Source: Callorhinchus milii (Eukaryota). Taken from it: a DNA stretch of 64,000 nucleotides. This document shows, in pieces, positions 25,242 to 37,309 of this stretch. A program made the translations under genes and the position numbers. Below the pieces are notes generated by a model. That model was not told where the DNA came from and made no database searches. It was given only the letters and a program-made list of their open reading frames with translations. The DNA lies in the NCBI RefSeq assembly GCF_018977255.1, contig NW_024704743.1, forward strand, positions 4,776,001 through 4,840,000, read 5' to 3'. The stretch's first letter is position 1; each line of letters opens with the position of its first letter.

Positions 25242-26044
25242 AGGTTTATAGGACACATTGCTGCACGCACATTAGCTGCCAAGTTCGCCTAGCATAATAA
25301 TAATAATTGTATTTGATATAGCGCCTTATCACGTCTTCGAGACGTCTCAAAGCGCTTCACAGGATATACTGGAAAGTGAATTGACTGTATATATTGTGGG
25401 CGTAACGCAGCAGCCATTTGCGTACAGCAGTGTCCCCACAAACAGTTCTAGATGATGTGACCAAATTATTATTATTAATAAAGACAAACAGCAAAGGTCC
25501 CAAGGCACTGTTCGAAAAGAGGAGGAGGGTTTCTCTTGATCTCTTGGCAACGTCCTACAAGTTATGACTTGAACATCAAATTATTAACTATTTTGACAGA
25601 TTATACGTGAGGGAAACCTACAGCTTGTTATCCTTAAGTCGCTTATTTTTGGTTGAATCTCAGAAAACCGTGCTTGTGGATTTCCATTTCTTGGAAACCA
25701 CACTTGATGAGCAAAGCTTAAAATGTTGCCTTCCTTGAATGAGCACAACAGCCCCAAAGCTTCGGGTTCGCGTGAGAACCTGTTTGTTGATGCGACGGTC
25801 GTATTTTCAATCGCTGCAAATTTCCTCGGGTGTGAGCCAGGTGGGTTTGTAGTACTCCAGGGCACTGCTGATGACTGATCAGACAACCTGACTCATCAGC
25901 ACGCCTTGAAGGGGTAGAACAGACAAGTTATTGGGGTGGGCAGGGATTTTTTCCCACTCATCTCCTGTTATCCTTTAAAAGACAGTGAGAAGTTTGCCTG
26001 ACAGTGTTTTCAATGGCAAGCTATAGGGTTTTAGCTGATCTTTT

Positions 26045-26400
26045 AGCTAGAGTTCAAAATCCTAGTCCTCGTCTTAAAAGCCCTCCATGGCCTTGCTACT
26101 TCCCGCCGCTGTGACCTGCTAATGCCATATCGACCTGTCCTCCACTCCCTCCGCTCAACAGGCCCTGCCCTGCCCACCCCACCATCGGTGGTCGAGCCTT
26201 CAGTCTCCCTTTCCTCCTTCAAGGCCCATCTCAATGCCCTCCTCTTCGACTGTGCCTTCGCTCGCCCTCCTAACCCTGCCCCCCCTGCCCTCCACCCCTC
26301 CTGATCCCAACCCACAACACAGGTCCAAATCACTGACCGTCCAGAGCCTTGAGACGTCCTCCCGACACGAAAGGCGTGATACAAATGCGATTTGTGGTTG
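26045..26400 (+). mobile_element. L2 LINE 3' fragment
   Basis: Same L2 family 3' end with an internal deletion. Confidence 0.82.
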
Positions 26401-26871
26401 ATGGTCAGATTCCGGCAGTTACCCCAACGCACACTCTGGGGTCCCCAAGCCTTGGCTCTCGCCAACCTGTGCCTAATGCTCTCTGGAATTAAGTAAGCAG
26501 GCTGCATGCCTCCAGGGAGAGAGTGCGCGTTCCATTCCGTACGTGGGAATTTCCACGTGGAGGTGGAGTACGCACGTGGAAGTCTCACTGGAACTCTCAC
26601 TACCTGGTTACCTTGAAGTGGTTACCTTTAAGCAAGGTTGATGGTTAGTGGTTTCAGGACGGGTCAGATACCTGGCTGACCGCCCCCCCCCCCCCCCCCC
26701 CACCCGCCCAAAAAAATCTTTAAAATAAATACAATGGTACCATCGCCCTGTTCACATCAATGGGTATTCTAGCATAGCGAATGGTAGAGTCTTCGTGTAA
26801 CCCTACAGTTCTGTAGTCAATTTTGCCGTCTTACTGAAGAAATTTAGTATTCCATGATGCCAGTCCAATTG

Positions 26872-27240
26872 GGTCTCCTGTAGCTCAGTGGTTAGAGCAC
26901 TCGCCTCACAAGCGAGAGTATTCGGGTTCGATTCCCAGGCGGGGTGAAATCTCTGGGCAAATTTCCTCACTCCACACGCCTCTGTTTGCCTCGCAGTAAG
27001 TAGGAGCCCGGTTGTTAATCGATTTGCGGTCCGCTTTTCTGGGGGTAATAATTCCTTCACAAAAAAAACGTAATAATTTGGTCACTTCAATCCACGACTG
27101 TTTGTGGGAACGCAATTAACTGCTGCGTATCGCCCGCAAAATGTGCAGTCAATTCACCTTCCAGTATATGTGAAGCGCTTTGAGACGTCTCGAAGACGTG
27201 ATAAAGCGTTACATCAAATGCAAGGGTTATTATTAATGCT
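26872..27240 (+). mobile_element. tRNA-derived SINE, longer subfamily
   Basis: tcctgtagctcagtggttagagcac head, extra internal segment, and tail with the tcgaa loop variant. Confidence 0.8.
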
Positions 27241-29066
27241 ATTGTTGTCGCGTTGCTCCCTCAAAATATACAGTCAATCCGCTTTGCAATATATTCTGTG
27301 AAGCACTTTGAACCGTCTCATTGATCAATGTGATAAGGTGCCTTATGTGTCAAATGCAAGGATGATTATTATAAATTGACCCCATTATATTGCGCTTTAA
27401 ACTTAGGCGGGCAGTTGCTTTCTGCAAAACGTAATGATTTCGTTCTCGGGTACCTTGGTGGCATTGGATGTAACACGTCTGCCATTCCTACAATAGATAT
27501 ATATATATAAACTTGCCTTGAAATAAATCTGCTGTCTACAGATTGACTGCAACAATCAGCCGTCCACAGCCAGCATTAACCATCGTGATATAAGAGACAA
27601 GCTGGTCAGCCTCTGCCTATATTTCAGCGTTTACTGCCGACTGCCGTTTCTGGGCAGGTCTGCTCTGCCCGGTTCTCTGTGTTTATGGAAGCTGTCGTTT
27701 CGGGATGACCCTCGCAAGAATTTAAAAAAAAATCTGTTCAGTAAGAAAGTAAGCGAATGCACTGCATTGCTGCTGGAATCCGGCGAAGTGAGCTTCATTA
27801 ATAATAAAGATATTATTAAGGAACTCCATCCCGGAGTCCCTCTGACTCGCCCTCTCCCTCACCTTGTTCGAGGTCTGTCTTAAGATGTACCTCTTTGACC
27901 GTCCGTGCCTTTGGTCATCTTTCCCCCATCCTCCCCCATCGCCTCTTGGCTCCCAACTGAACTCGGGTGCTGAGCGAGCAGGAATAGGGACTTTGGGATG
28001 TCTTCACGACGCGAAGTGTCGCTATACCATTGTAAGTTGTCTTGTAACAATCCCGGCATTTGATGCAGCGCCTTATCATATCACAATGAAAAGTCTCATT
28101 GTACTTTACAGGATTTACCTTAAAATGTAGTGATTGTATTTATAGGAAAGCATGTGAGCTAATTCGTGCACAGCCATGAAGTGAATGAAACCATACAGTC
28201 AATTCATTTACAGTATATCCTGTGAAGCGCTTTGAGACGTCTCAACAACGAGATAAGGCGCTGTATCAAATGCGAGGTTTATTATTTTTTATTTGTTTTG
28301 CCTCCTAGGCCTGGTTTAGCACTCTCTCCTTTCTCGTCCCTATTATCTCTTACACTTAGTCCCTTTTCACTATTCTCAGGGTGTCTGTGTCCTGAAAGAA
28401 GTTTCTTTTTCCTCTTTCACTTTCATATTTAGCTGGTGCTCTTTTCGTGACATCTTTGTCCTTTTCATTGATATTTTGCTGTATCTTCTTTCTGCTTCTC
28501 AAGTTATTTGACCCGTCTAGTCTAAGCCGGCACTCCGGTGCGACGTTCGCTCACTGAAATTCCTGCCTGATAATATTGATTATTCACTCCATGGCTGTAT
28601 GCAAAATGTCTGCCATGTTTATCCACAAAACTGTGCAGTGGGTCCTGTGAAGGGCTTTGAGATGTCTCGACACAGTGATAAAGGTGCCACCTCAAATGCT
28701 AGGATTATTATATAAAATTCCTCTCGCCTTTATTGGCTTAGAATTCTCCAAAAAAACTAGACTTTTATTTGAAAAATGCCTTGTGCTTACTCCCTGTTGT
28801 TATTTACCAATCTCTGGCTGGCTTCAAAGTTGGTCAGAGACAGTTGAGCAAATAAAGAATCCTGAAATGCTCTCACACCCTTCCGTTCAACAACAACTGG
28901 CATTTATACAGCTCCCTTCACGCTGTGCAGCGTCTCGGAGCGCTTAACAGTGGCGGAGGCTTAAGCCGAGCTTGGGGGGGGCGGGAGGGGGTAAGCGTAA
29001 GCACGGTCGAAGAGGGGATCAGTCGTGATCCAAAAGAGGGGAAGGAGGGGGGGCCAGGCAGAGGGA

Positions 29067-29400
29067 TTATAATAATAATAATAATAATAATAATCCTTGC
29101 ATTTGATATAGCGCTTTTCACGTCGGGAGGACGTCCCAAAGCGCTTCACAGAATACACTGTAAAGTGAATTGACTGTATATTTGTGGGCGAACGCGGCAG
29201 CCAATTGCGCACAGCAATGTCCCACAAACAGTCGTAGATTGAAAATGACCAATTTATTATTGTTTTGTTTTTTGGAGGGATTATTATTAGGCTCTGTGTG
29301 GAGTAAGGAAACTTGCCCAAGGTTTCGCCCTCTGCCTGGAATTGAACTCAGGTCTCTCACTTGCAAAGTGAGTGCTCTAACCACTGAGCTACAGGACTCC
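29067..29400 (-). mobile_element. Full-length young tRNA-derived SINE, inserted in an L2 remnant
   Basis: Reverse-complement near-copy of 3534-3870. Confidence 0.9.
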
Positions 29401-29544
29401 ACAGGATTGAGGGGTAGAGAGTTCCAAACCTTCGGGGCAAAGTGGCAGTAATGAAGGTTCATCGAATTCCTGTTTTAATTCCCTCGTGACTTGGCTGCCT
29501 TCACTGAGGAGTCTTTTCCACGTATTCACTACTTGCCCTGTGGT

Positions 29545-29932
29545 AATTTTCCTCCACGGTCTTGCTCCTCGCTACCTCTGTGACATGCTAACTTCATATC
29601 GGCCCGTCCACTCCCTCTGCTCAGCAGGCTCCTGCCTGCTCCAGGTCCCTCGCCCTCCCCGCCCAACCATCGACGGTCGGGCCTTCAGTCTTTCTGCTCC
29701 CACCCTTTGGAACTCCATCACACAGTCCTTTGGCTTGGCAACCTCCTTCAAGGCACATCCAAAGACCTTCCTCGTCGACTGCCCCTTCACTCACCCCCTC
29801 ACCCCCAACCTCCCTGTCCTCCACCCCTCCTGATCCCAACTCTTGGCTCAAGTGCAAATGCTTGACTGTCCGGAGTCTTTGATTGGCTTCCCCAAGCAAA
29901 AAGTGCGATAGAAATGTAATTTGTTGTTGTCG
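29545..29932 (+). mobile_element. L2 LINE 3' fragment
   Basis: LHGLAPRYL...GRAFSLSAPTLWNSI peptide and (TTG)n tail. Confidence 0.85.
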
Positions 29933-30141
29933 TAAATGAATCTGAACTGATTGTTCACCTTCCTTCTCCTGACATGACGTCTGTGTCTCCTTGTTTTGAA
30001 TTGTTTGACCTTGTTGTACAAGCTTGGCTCGCTATTTCTTCCCCCACTCCTCTGCCCACTCCCTCTTTCAATTGAATTTAACTGAGGCTTATAAAAAGTT
30101 AGAAGTCATTTTTCATTTCACTTTGATTTCTTTTACATTAG

Positions 30142-30168
30142 CGATTTGGCTCGGAGGGTTAACAGGAG
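30142..30168 (+). CDS. DIP2C: Candidate alternative 27-nt DIP2C microexon with GC donor (inserts SDLARRVNR)
   Basis: AG-free pyrimidine tract ending ttttacattag. 27 nt stop-free in the required phase 2. Donor GAG|gcgagt. Confidence 0.45.
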
Positions 30169-31814
30169 GCGAGTGGATAGAATCCCTGACCCTAGTGACC
30201 GGTCGGCCCCTCGAAGACCTCCCGATGAGACAGGCTGGCTGTTTTTTTTTTACCAACTGTGCCACTGGGAGTACTCGAGACCTGCCTGTCTGAGACGCGA
30301 TTGTAACGTCCCAAAGTCAGGCACGTCAGCTTGGATCACACTTACTAAGGAGGGGAGGCGGTTAGTCACTAGTTAGTCATTAAACATCCGACAAAAACAG
30401 GTTTGAGCTCATAGCACGAGTACAGAGTGCCTTTACTCTTTCGAAAAAGGCGGAGGCAGAGATAAGTGTGTGGTGATCACTCGCTAGAAATATTCGAGTG
30501 AGGCCCTGATTGTTCTGAGGCACAGACTGCACTTTAAGGATCGATAGAGCAGCGCACACACACAGAGAGACAGACAGACGGACAGGCAGACAGGCTGTGA
30601 TGGAAAGTAGCTGAAACAGGGCTTGTCCATCTCGGTGATTTCTGCTGTTTAAAATGCACGGGGAAATAAAATCTGAATATTGCCGACCGCAGTAACCGAC
30701 CGCATAGCTTATGATTTATATGGTGTGCAGAAATTGTAAGGTTCGTTCAGCCACGACAGCTGTCACAAACCTGATTTTGCTTCCTGAGAGAGCCGAGGCA
30801 ATTAGGAATGAGAAGCCGAGGTGATTAAAACCAGAAAATCCTCGGTGGATAATTGAGTGCAAACTCTGTTTGAGAAAGTAGTCGTCGCACATGAAAGCCA
30901 CTCTATAAGTAACAGTGCGCTTTTGTTCTTGTATGTATCAGCCTGGCTCAATTGGTAGCACTCCGGCCTCTGAGTCAGAAAGGTGTGGGTTCAAGCCCCA
31001 GGTCAGGGCTTTGAGCTCTTAATCTAACTCAAGGCTGTGCCACTGCGATGCTGGGGAAGTGCTGGAACCCGGAAGTAAAATAACAAAACAATTTATCGAA
31101 TATTAGGAATAATTTGCGACGAATACGTTTTAATGAAGGTCAATGATTTTATAACATTTTTCGAGACCCTCATCGCGTTGTTGAAACGTCTCAGTCGTTA
31201 GATCGAGGCCCACGTCTGCCTGTTCAGTGGACGGGAAAGATCCCGTGAAGCCATTCGAAAAGAGAAGGGGGCTTTCTCCCGCTCTCCTGGACAGCAAGAT
31301 GAAATGCGGTCGTTCACTTCACGGCCGTTTACGAGACATCGTTGCGCGCCAACTGACTCCCGCGTTCGCCTACGAAACACACGGCCGCTACATTTCCGGC
31401 TGTAAAATCCTGTGAAGCGCTTTGAGCCGTTTCGACAACACGGTAGTGCAGTAACATTTCCAAATAACTTGCGTTGAGGTAGCGCCTTTTATGTCAGGAG
31501 GACGCCTCGCGGTATAAGGCGCTATATACCAGGTGCAAGGATTGTCATCAAAAGGGGTGCGTTTGATAATTGATCGTTGCGAAGGGCTTTCAAATTATTC
31601 CTGACGTTAAATAACATTAAATCGTCTGATATTTAAGTTCTTCGTTTCCGCCCTCCCTTCCCCCCATTGCGTTTATTCAAATGCAGCGGAGACAAATGAT
31701 TCGCGGAGATTCTGGCTGTCAGAGGAGATGAAAACTCGTCCTCGAAATGGTTATTGATTCTGCGGCCGGTTGTTTGATAAGAGAGGACATCTTCATCTCA
31801 TCGAGTACCAGAGC

Positions 31815-32440
31815 TTCATAGAATCATAAGAATCTTAGAATCGTACAGCACAAAAAGAGGCCATTCGGCCCATCGAGTTTGTGACGGCTCTTTGAAAAGA
31901 GCAATGTAACGTCAATCCCACTCCTCAGCCCTTTTCCCCATAGCCCTGCAAACCCGTCCTCCTCAAATACCCGTCCACCACGTTTTTAATAGTAGTTATC
32001 GAATCGGCCTCGACCGCCCTTTCAGGCAACGCGTTCCAGATTCGAACAACTCGCTGCGTGAAAAAATTCCTTCTCCCCTCTGCTTCTTTTAGAGACTACT
32101 TTGAATCTGTGACCTCGAGCCACCGACACACCCACCAGTTTTTCCCTTTCTAACCTACCAAATCCCCTCATGATTTTGAAGACCTCTATTAGGTCTCCTC
32201 GTAACCTTCTCTGCTCCAATGAGAATAATCCCAGTCTCTCCAGCCTTTCCTCATCATCAAGGTCCCTCATTCCTGGTACCATCCTCGTAAATCTCCTCTG
32301 CACCCTTTCCAATGCCTTAACATCCTTCCTATAGTACGGTGCCCAAAACTGGGCGCAGTATTCTAACTGAGGCCTAACCAGTGTTTTATGTAGGTTAATC
32401 ATAACCTCCTGACTCTTGCACTCTATGCCCCTATATTTTT
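31815..32440 (-). mobile_element. CR1 LINE 3' fragment
   Basis: ORF 32022..32402 (LVRPQLEYCAQFWAP...RRLRGDLIEVFKIM) and a (ttctatga)-like tail. Confidence 0.9.
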
Positions 32441-33299
32441 TATCTAAGGGAAGAAATATGAGGGTACATATCTAGCAATCCTTGCATTTCATATAGCATC
32501 TTAATACGTCGTCGAGACATCTCGGGATTTACTGGAAAGTGCAGTAACTCTATATTTTCAGGTGGACTCAGCAGCAATATCCCACAGACAGCCATGAAAT
32601 GAAGTCAGTGATCAATTATAACTGGAGCCACGGTTGACCAGGACACTGGGAGAAACTCCCTTCTTGGTTTGAATAGCCCCAATGAAAAACATTTCGCCCC
32701 CCAAACATAGTCAATTCACTTTACGGTATATTCTGTGAAGCGCTTTGAGACGTCTCGGAAGACTTGATAAGGCGCTGTATCAAAAATGCGAGGATTCTTC
32801 TTGTTTATTATCTTTAACATCCACCTGAACAGACACAGAGGGCGGGTGGTGGGGTGGGGGAGTGCGGTTTTAACGTCTCATTTGAAGATGGCATCTCTGA
32901 CAACAGTATATACCTCCAGCGCTGAGTTGGAGTATCAGCATAGACTGTGTGTGTGCGTGCGTGTGTGTGTCGGTGTGTGGTGGGTGAGAGGGGTGGGTGT
33001 TTAATCCACAACCTTCTGACTTGGAGGCGAGACGCTACCAACCGAGCCAGGCTGGCGCGTATAGAGCTCCACCAGACCCGTGATGGTTAACGTTTTGTTT
33101 CGGTCTATCGTCCCGCCATTGATATATCACAGCAGATCGTTTGCATTTCGGGCCAGGCGCGTGGAGTGCTTTGACACGTCCTCCCCACGTGTAAATGGCG
33201 CTTGTTACGCTACCTCTGCCCAGAGCGCAGGGCAGTGTGTAGTGCAGTACAGAACAGAACAGTAGGATGTAACGTTCGTGTGTTTTTTGTTGTCTGCAG

Positions 33300-33357
33300 G
33301 GTTCGTTTAGTGGAACGAGGTTCTCCTCACAGCCTGCCGCTAATGGAGTCTGGAAAG
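33300..33357 (+). CDS. DIP2C: DIP2C coding exon (VRLVERGSPHSLPLMESGK), 58 nt
   Basis: tgtctgcag acceptor, AAG|gtgagt donor. Phase 2 in, phase 0 out. Confidence 0.95.
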
Positions 33358-33634
33358 GTGAGTGATGGGCCTCCCCTAACCCCCCCCACCCTCCCTGCTC
33401 ACCACCCCTCCTGATCCCAACTCCCCAGCTGGTCGATACGGAGAGAGAGAGATGGGGTGGGCGGGCGTAGAAAAGTAATCATTGCCTAAGTGGGTGGAGA
33501 AAGGGACACGCAATTCATCAATATTACCTTTAAACACCCCTCAGGGCAGCTACAGCACAGACAACGTACTTAATCAAACCGTCTTACTTCCTATCTTGAC
33601 TAGATCACATCCACCTCACTCTGCTCCCAGTTCA

Positions 33635-34060
33635 CTCAACAACAACAACAAAATTAGATTTATAGAGCGCCTTTCACGTCGGGAGGACGTCCCAAGGCGC
33701 TGGACAGTGAGGGGTCGGGACCCGAGCAGGGGGGAGGGGTGGGGTAGAGGTGAGGGAAGGCAGAGAGGTGGGAGGGTGACCGAAGGCACGATCGAAGAGG
33801 AGGGTCTTGAGACCGGCCTTTAAGGAGGCGAGGGAGGAAGCGAGGCGAAGTGACCGTGGGATGGAGTTCCAGAGTGTGGGGGCAGAGAGGCTGAAAGTCC
33901 GGCCACCGATGGTAGGGTGGGTCGGGCGGGAGGCATGGAGCAGGCCAGAGCCCAATGAATGGAGGGAGTGGGCAGGTTGGTAGGGAGTCAACAGGTCAGA
34001 GAGGTAGGAGGGGGCAAGGCCATGGATGGCCTTGAAAGTGAGGACGAGGATCTTGAATTG
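33635..34060 (-). mobile_element. L2 LINE 3' fragment
   Basis: ORF 33674..33991 (GGRTFSLSAPTLWNSIP...LKTLLFDRAF), hairpin tail and (GTT)n end. Confidence 0.88.
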
Positions 34061-34521
34061 GAATTCGATCTCGACTCCGTTCCCAGTTTGCTCTGGTGGG
34101 CTTCACTCTGCGATGGGAGTGAAACACGCCAGCAGTTCCTGTGACCAGTTCCTAAAGGCAGGAGCACCAGCATCTTGTGCTCCCGCCCTCCCTCCCTACA
34201 TTTGAAGCCTGCTTTAAAACCTTCTATTTTGACCATAAATTCGATCCCTTTCCAAGGGATTAAGGAAAAAGTCTGTGTGTTTGAGGAAGATAGTGATAAT
34301 CTTCGTAATCGATACCACGCCTTATCTTGTCGTTGAGCGGTCTCAAAGTGCTTCACAGGACACAACATAAAGCGGGGTGACTGTATTTTGTGGGTATATT
34401 GTAGCCTCCGTGATGTTATAATGACAATAGGCGCCCTGGGGTGCTACTGTGCGTGAAGGGTGCTATATAAATGCAAGTTGTTGTGGTTGATAATCCTTGC
34501 GTTTGTGTTATCGCTGTGCAG

Positions 34522-34596
34522 ATACTACCTGGCGTGCGAATAATCATCGCTAACCCAGAAACTAAAGGACCGCTGGGCGATTCACATCTTGGAGAG
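34522..34596 (+). CDS. DIP2C: DIP2C coding exon (ILPGVRIIIANPETKGPLGDSHLGE), 75 nt
   Basis: tgtgcag acceptor, GAG|gtgagg donor. Confidence 0.95.
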
Positions 34597-35268
34597 GTGA
34601 GGCAGACATTTGAGATGTCATTATCATACGTCATGAATATAGGATTCATCGACTGACGCGGAGGCAGAGCACGTTTGAACGTCACCTTCTGAATTTGTCG
34701 GACACACGTGGAAACCTATCGTCGTGATTCAGAGGGTCCAAACCAAACTGAGCGCTCCACATAAGTGTGCAAATTCCCCTGCGTGCATTCTCAACCCTTG
34801 AGGGACGCATCCTGCTCAACTAATGCCGTAGAGTATTAGAGGTTAGGTTGGCAAAAGCCAAGGCCTGGGGACCAAAGGGTGAGTTTTGGGGTAACTGCTG
34901 GAATTGCCGGGCAAGCTCCTCCTCGCTGCTTTGTCCATCGGTGGTCGCGCTCTGCATCCAATGCTCGGTCGCTGGAGCCCGAGTGAGTTCAGTTGGCAGC
35001 CAACTCAATCGGTGATCTCCGTGAGCGCATCCTCTCAACGCCCGGAGTATTAACACCGTCTAGAACGCGAGTTAACACGACGCAATTTGGTGTTATTTCT
35101 CGAGCCGCTGTTGCGTTGCATGTGGCGGAAACGTACGGTTAGGTGGGGGGGAGGGTGGGGGGTGAGATGGTATCAGAAACCCTTTGATTTCCCTGGTGAG
35201 GATTCCAAAGCGGGAGCTTCCGTGGCCGCAAGTCCCTGACCCGGATCTTTTGCCTTTTTATCGCGCAG

Positions 35269-35443
35269 ATTTGGGTTCACAGTGCGCACAACGCGAGCGG
35301 GTATTTCACCATTTACGGAGACGAGTCGCTCCAGTCGGACCATTTCAACTCTCGCCTAAGTTTCGGAGACACTCAAACGGTGTGGGCTCGGACTGGTTAC
35401 CTGGGCTTCCTAAGACGGACTGACCTCACTGATGCAAACGGAG
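35269..35443 (+). CDS. DIP2C: DIP2C coding exon (IWVHSAHNASGYFTIYGDESLQSDHFNSRLSFGDTQTVWARTGYLGFLRRTDLTDANG-E), 175 nt
   Basis: tcgcgcag acceptor, G|gtaagc donor. The residues look DIP2C-like rather than DIP2A/B-like. Confidence 0.95.
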
Positions 35444-36657
35444 GTAAGCCCGGGAATTGCGGTAGTATAAAGTGGGTGTGTTATAGTTGGACGACTCAGT
35501 CAAATGGGTTCAAACTCTCCCACCCCCCAGTCTAGGTTGACCCTCAAGTGCTCTGGCATGCTGACCCCTGCATGAAGGGCGCTATACAAATGCAAGTTGT
35601 CGTTGTAGTAGTGGTGGGCTAGTGCTGAATTGTCAAAGGTTCAGTCCATCGGATGAGATGTTTAGCCCAGGACCCGTCCTGCCTGTTTGGGTGGATGATA
35701 AAGATCCCATGGCACTGCTCGAAAAGAGAAGCGAGTTTCTGTCGGCGTTCTGGCCAAGAATCTTCCACGTAAATGTTTTTTTGCTCTTGACCTGCAATGC
35801 CCACAGAGGGGAGATCTTGCTACACACAGGGCCAAGAGTTGTTCGAACACCCGGCTGTCCAGTAAAACACAAAAACTGCATCCGCTCACAAGGTTGGCCT
35901 GGATGAAGAAGACTCTTTGGTCCATCCAATCTCATGCCTCCAGAATATTCTCCCCCACCATTCCGCCCCCCCCCCCCCCCACCCCCCACTCCCCCACCAT
36001 CACGGCATCAAGCTGCTTTTCAAATGAGTCTCGTGTTGTCCTGGCCTCTGCCAACTTTCCTGGCAACGCGTTCCAATCATTGATTGCCTTCTGCGTAACG
36101 AATTGCTTCCCAGCGTCCGTCCTGAAATCCCCCTTGGCAATCCGAAACCCTTTTTGCTTTACTTGTCTCTTGGCTTGATGCGTTCCTAAAGTAATGATCT
36201 GGGTTTACTTTACTCTTTTTTTTAAACCATCGAGCCGCTCAGGGACATCACGTCCCTGAATCTGTGCGGACAGATAATCCATGATAAGTCGCTGCTTAGC
36301 AAAGGTACACGTTCACACACACACACGCACAAATGCACCAATTCGCACACCCATCTAATACAATAGAACTCAGCAGATCACTCTGCCCAAGTCGATTCCC
36401 GATATCTTCCGTGCAAATACATTGCTGCGTCTTTTTTTGGACCGAACGCCAACTTACTGATGTGAATGTTGACTCACCCCCTCAGCGGCTGGAGTTCCTG
36501 CTAAATCCCGACTCGGAGCAGCCGAAGTAAAACCCCAGTCCTGACGCACGGGTAGAACAGTTTGCGCGACCTTCTTGAGTTTATTCCAGTAAATGCATTC
36601 AGCGCTTCGGAATATCCCAGATATTATCCCATTATCCTTGGTTGGCTCATTGGTTTC

Positions 36658-36945
36658 GATCCTCTCTCCATCCTCTCTCCACCCTCTGCGTCCTCTCTCC
36701 AACCTCCTCTCCATCCTCTCTCCATCCTCTCTCCACCCTTCTCTGTGTCCTCTCTCCACCCTCCTCTCCGTCCTCTCCACCCTCCTCTCCGTCCTCTCTC
36801 TACCCTCCTCTCCGTCCTCTCGCCACCCTCCTCACATCCTTTCTCCTCATCCTCTCTCCACCCTCCTCTGCGTCCGATCTCCACCTTCCTCACGTCCTTT
36901 CTCTGCATCCTCTCTCCACCCTCCTCTGCATCCCCTTCTCTCTGC
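36658..36945. repeat. CT-rich minisatellite (units such as tcctctctccaccctcctctccg)
   Basis: Visible degenerate tandem units of about 10-21 bp. Confidence 0.9.
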
Positions 36946-37013
36946 GCCCTGGCTCTGTCTATCCCAGAAGCTATGCTTCGCTGTGTCTGACGCGCCGTGC
37001 TTTGTTCTGACAG

Positions 37014-37137
37014 AGCGACACGATGCCTTGTATGTTGTGGGTGCCTTGGACGAAGCGATGGAACTGCGGGGGATGAGGTATCACCCTATCGACATTGAAA
37101 CATCCGTGATTCGTGCCCACAAGAGCATCACCGAGTG
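37014..37137 (+). CDS. DIP2C: DIP2C coding exon (RHDALYVVGALDEAMELRGMRYHPIDIETSVIRAHKSITE-C), 124 nt
   Basis: ttctgacag acceptor, TG|gtaggt donor. Forms the C-terminal part of ORF 36593..37141. Confidence 0.95.
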
Positions 37138-37309
37138 GTAGGTGGCACATTCCATAACCACCCATGTCGTACGTTCAGTGGGGGGCAATTTTGCGGCATT
37201 TGGTAATGGATTCCTTAATTAAACAGACCACTCAAGCGAGTGGAGAACCTTTTGAAATCCCCCCCACCCACCCCCTCCACCCCTTATGTCCCAAAACCAA
37301 AAAGCACGA

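Noticed and set aside
28280..28505. Long pyrimidine-rich tract with several AGs (possible tiny exons)
   Set aside because: No convincing donor; compatible with low-complexity or decayed repeat sequence.
36593..37013. 182-aa ORF suggesting a long extension of a DIP2C exon
   Set aside because: The open frame comes from a stop-free CT minisatellite. The real exon starts at the AG ending at 37013.
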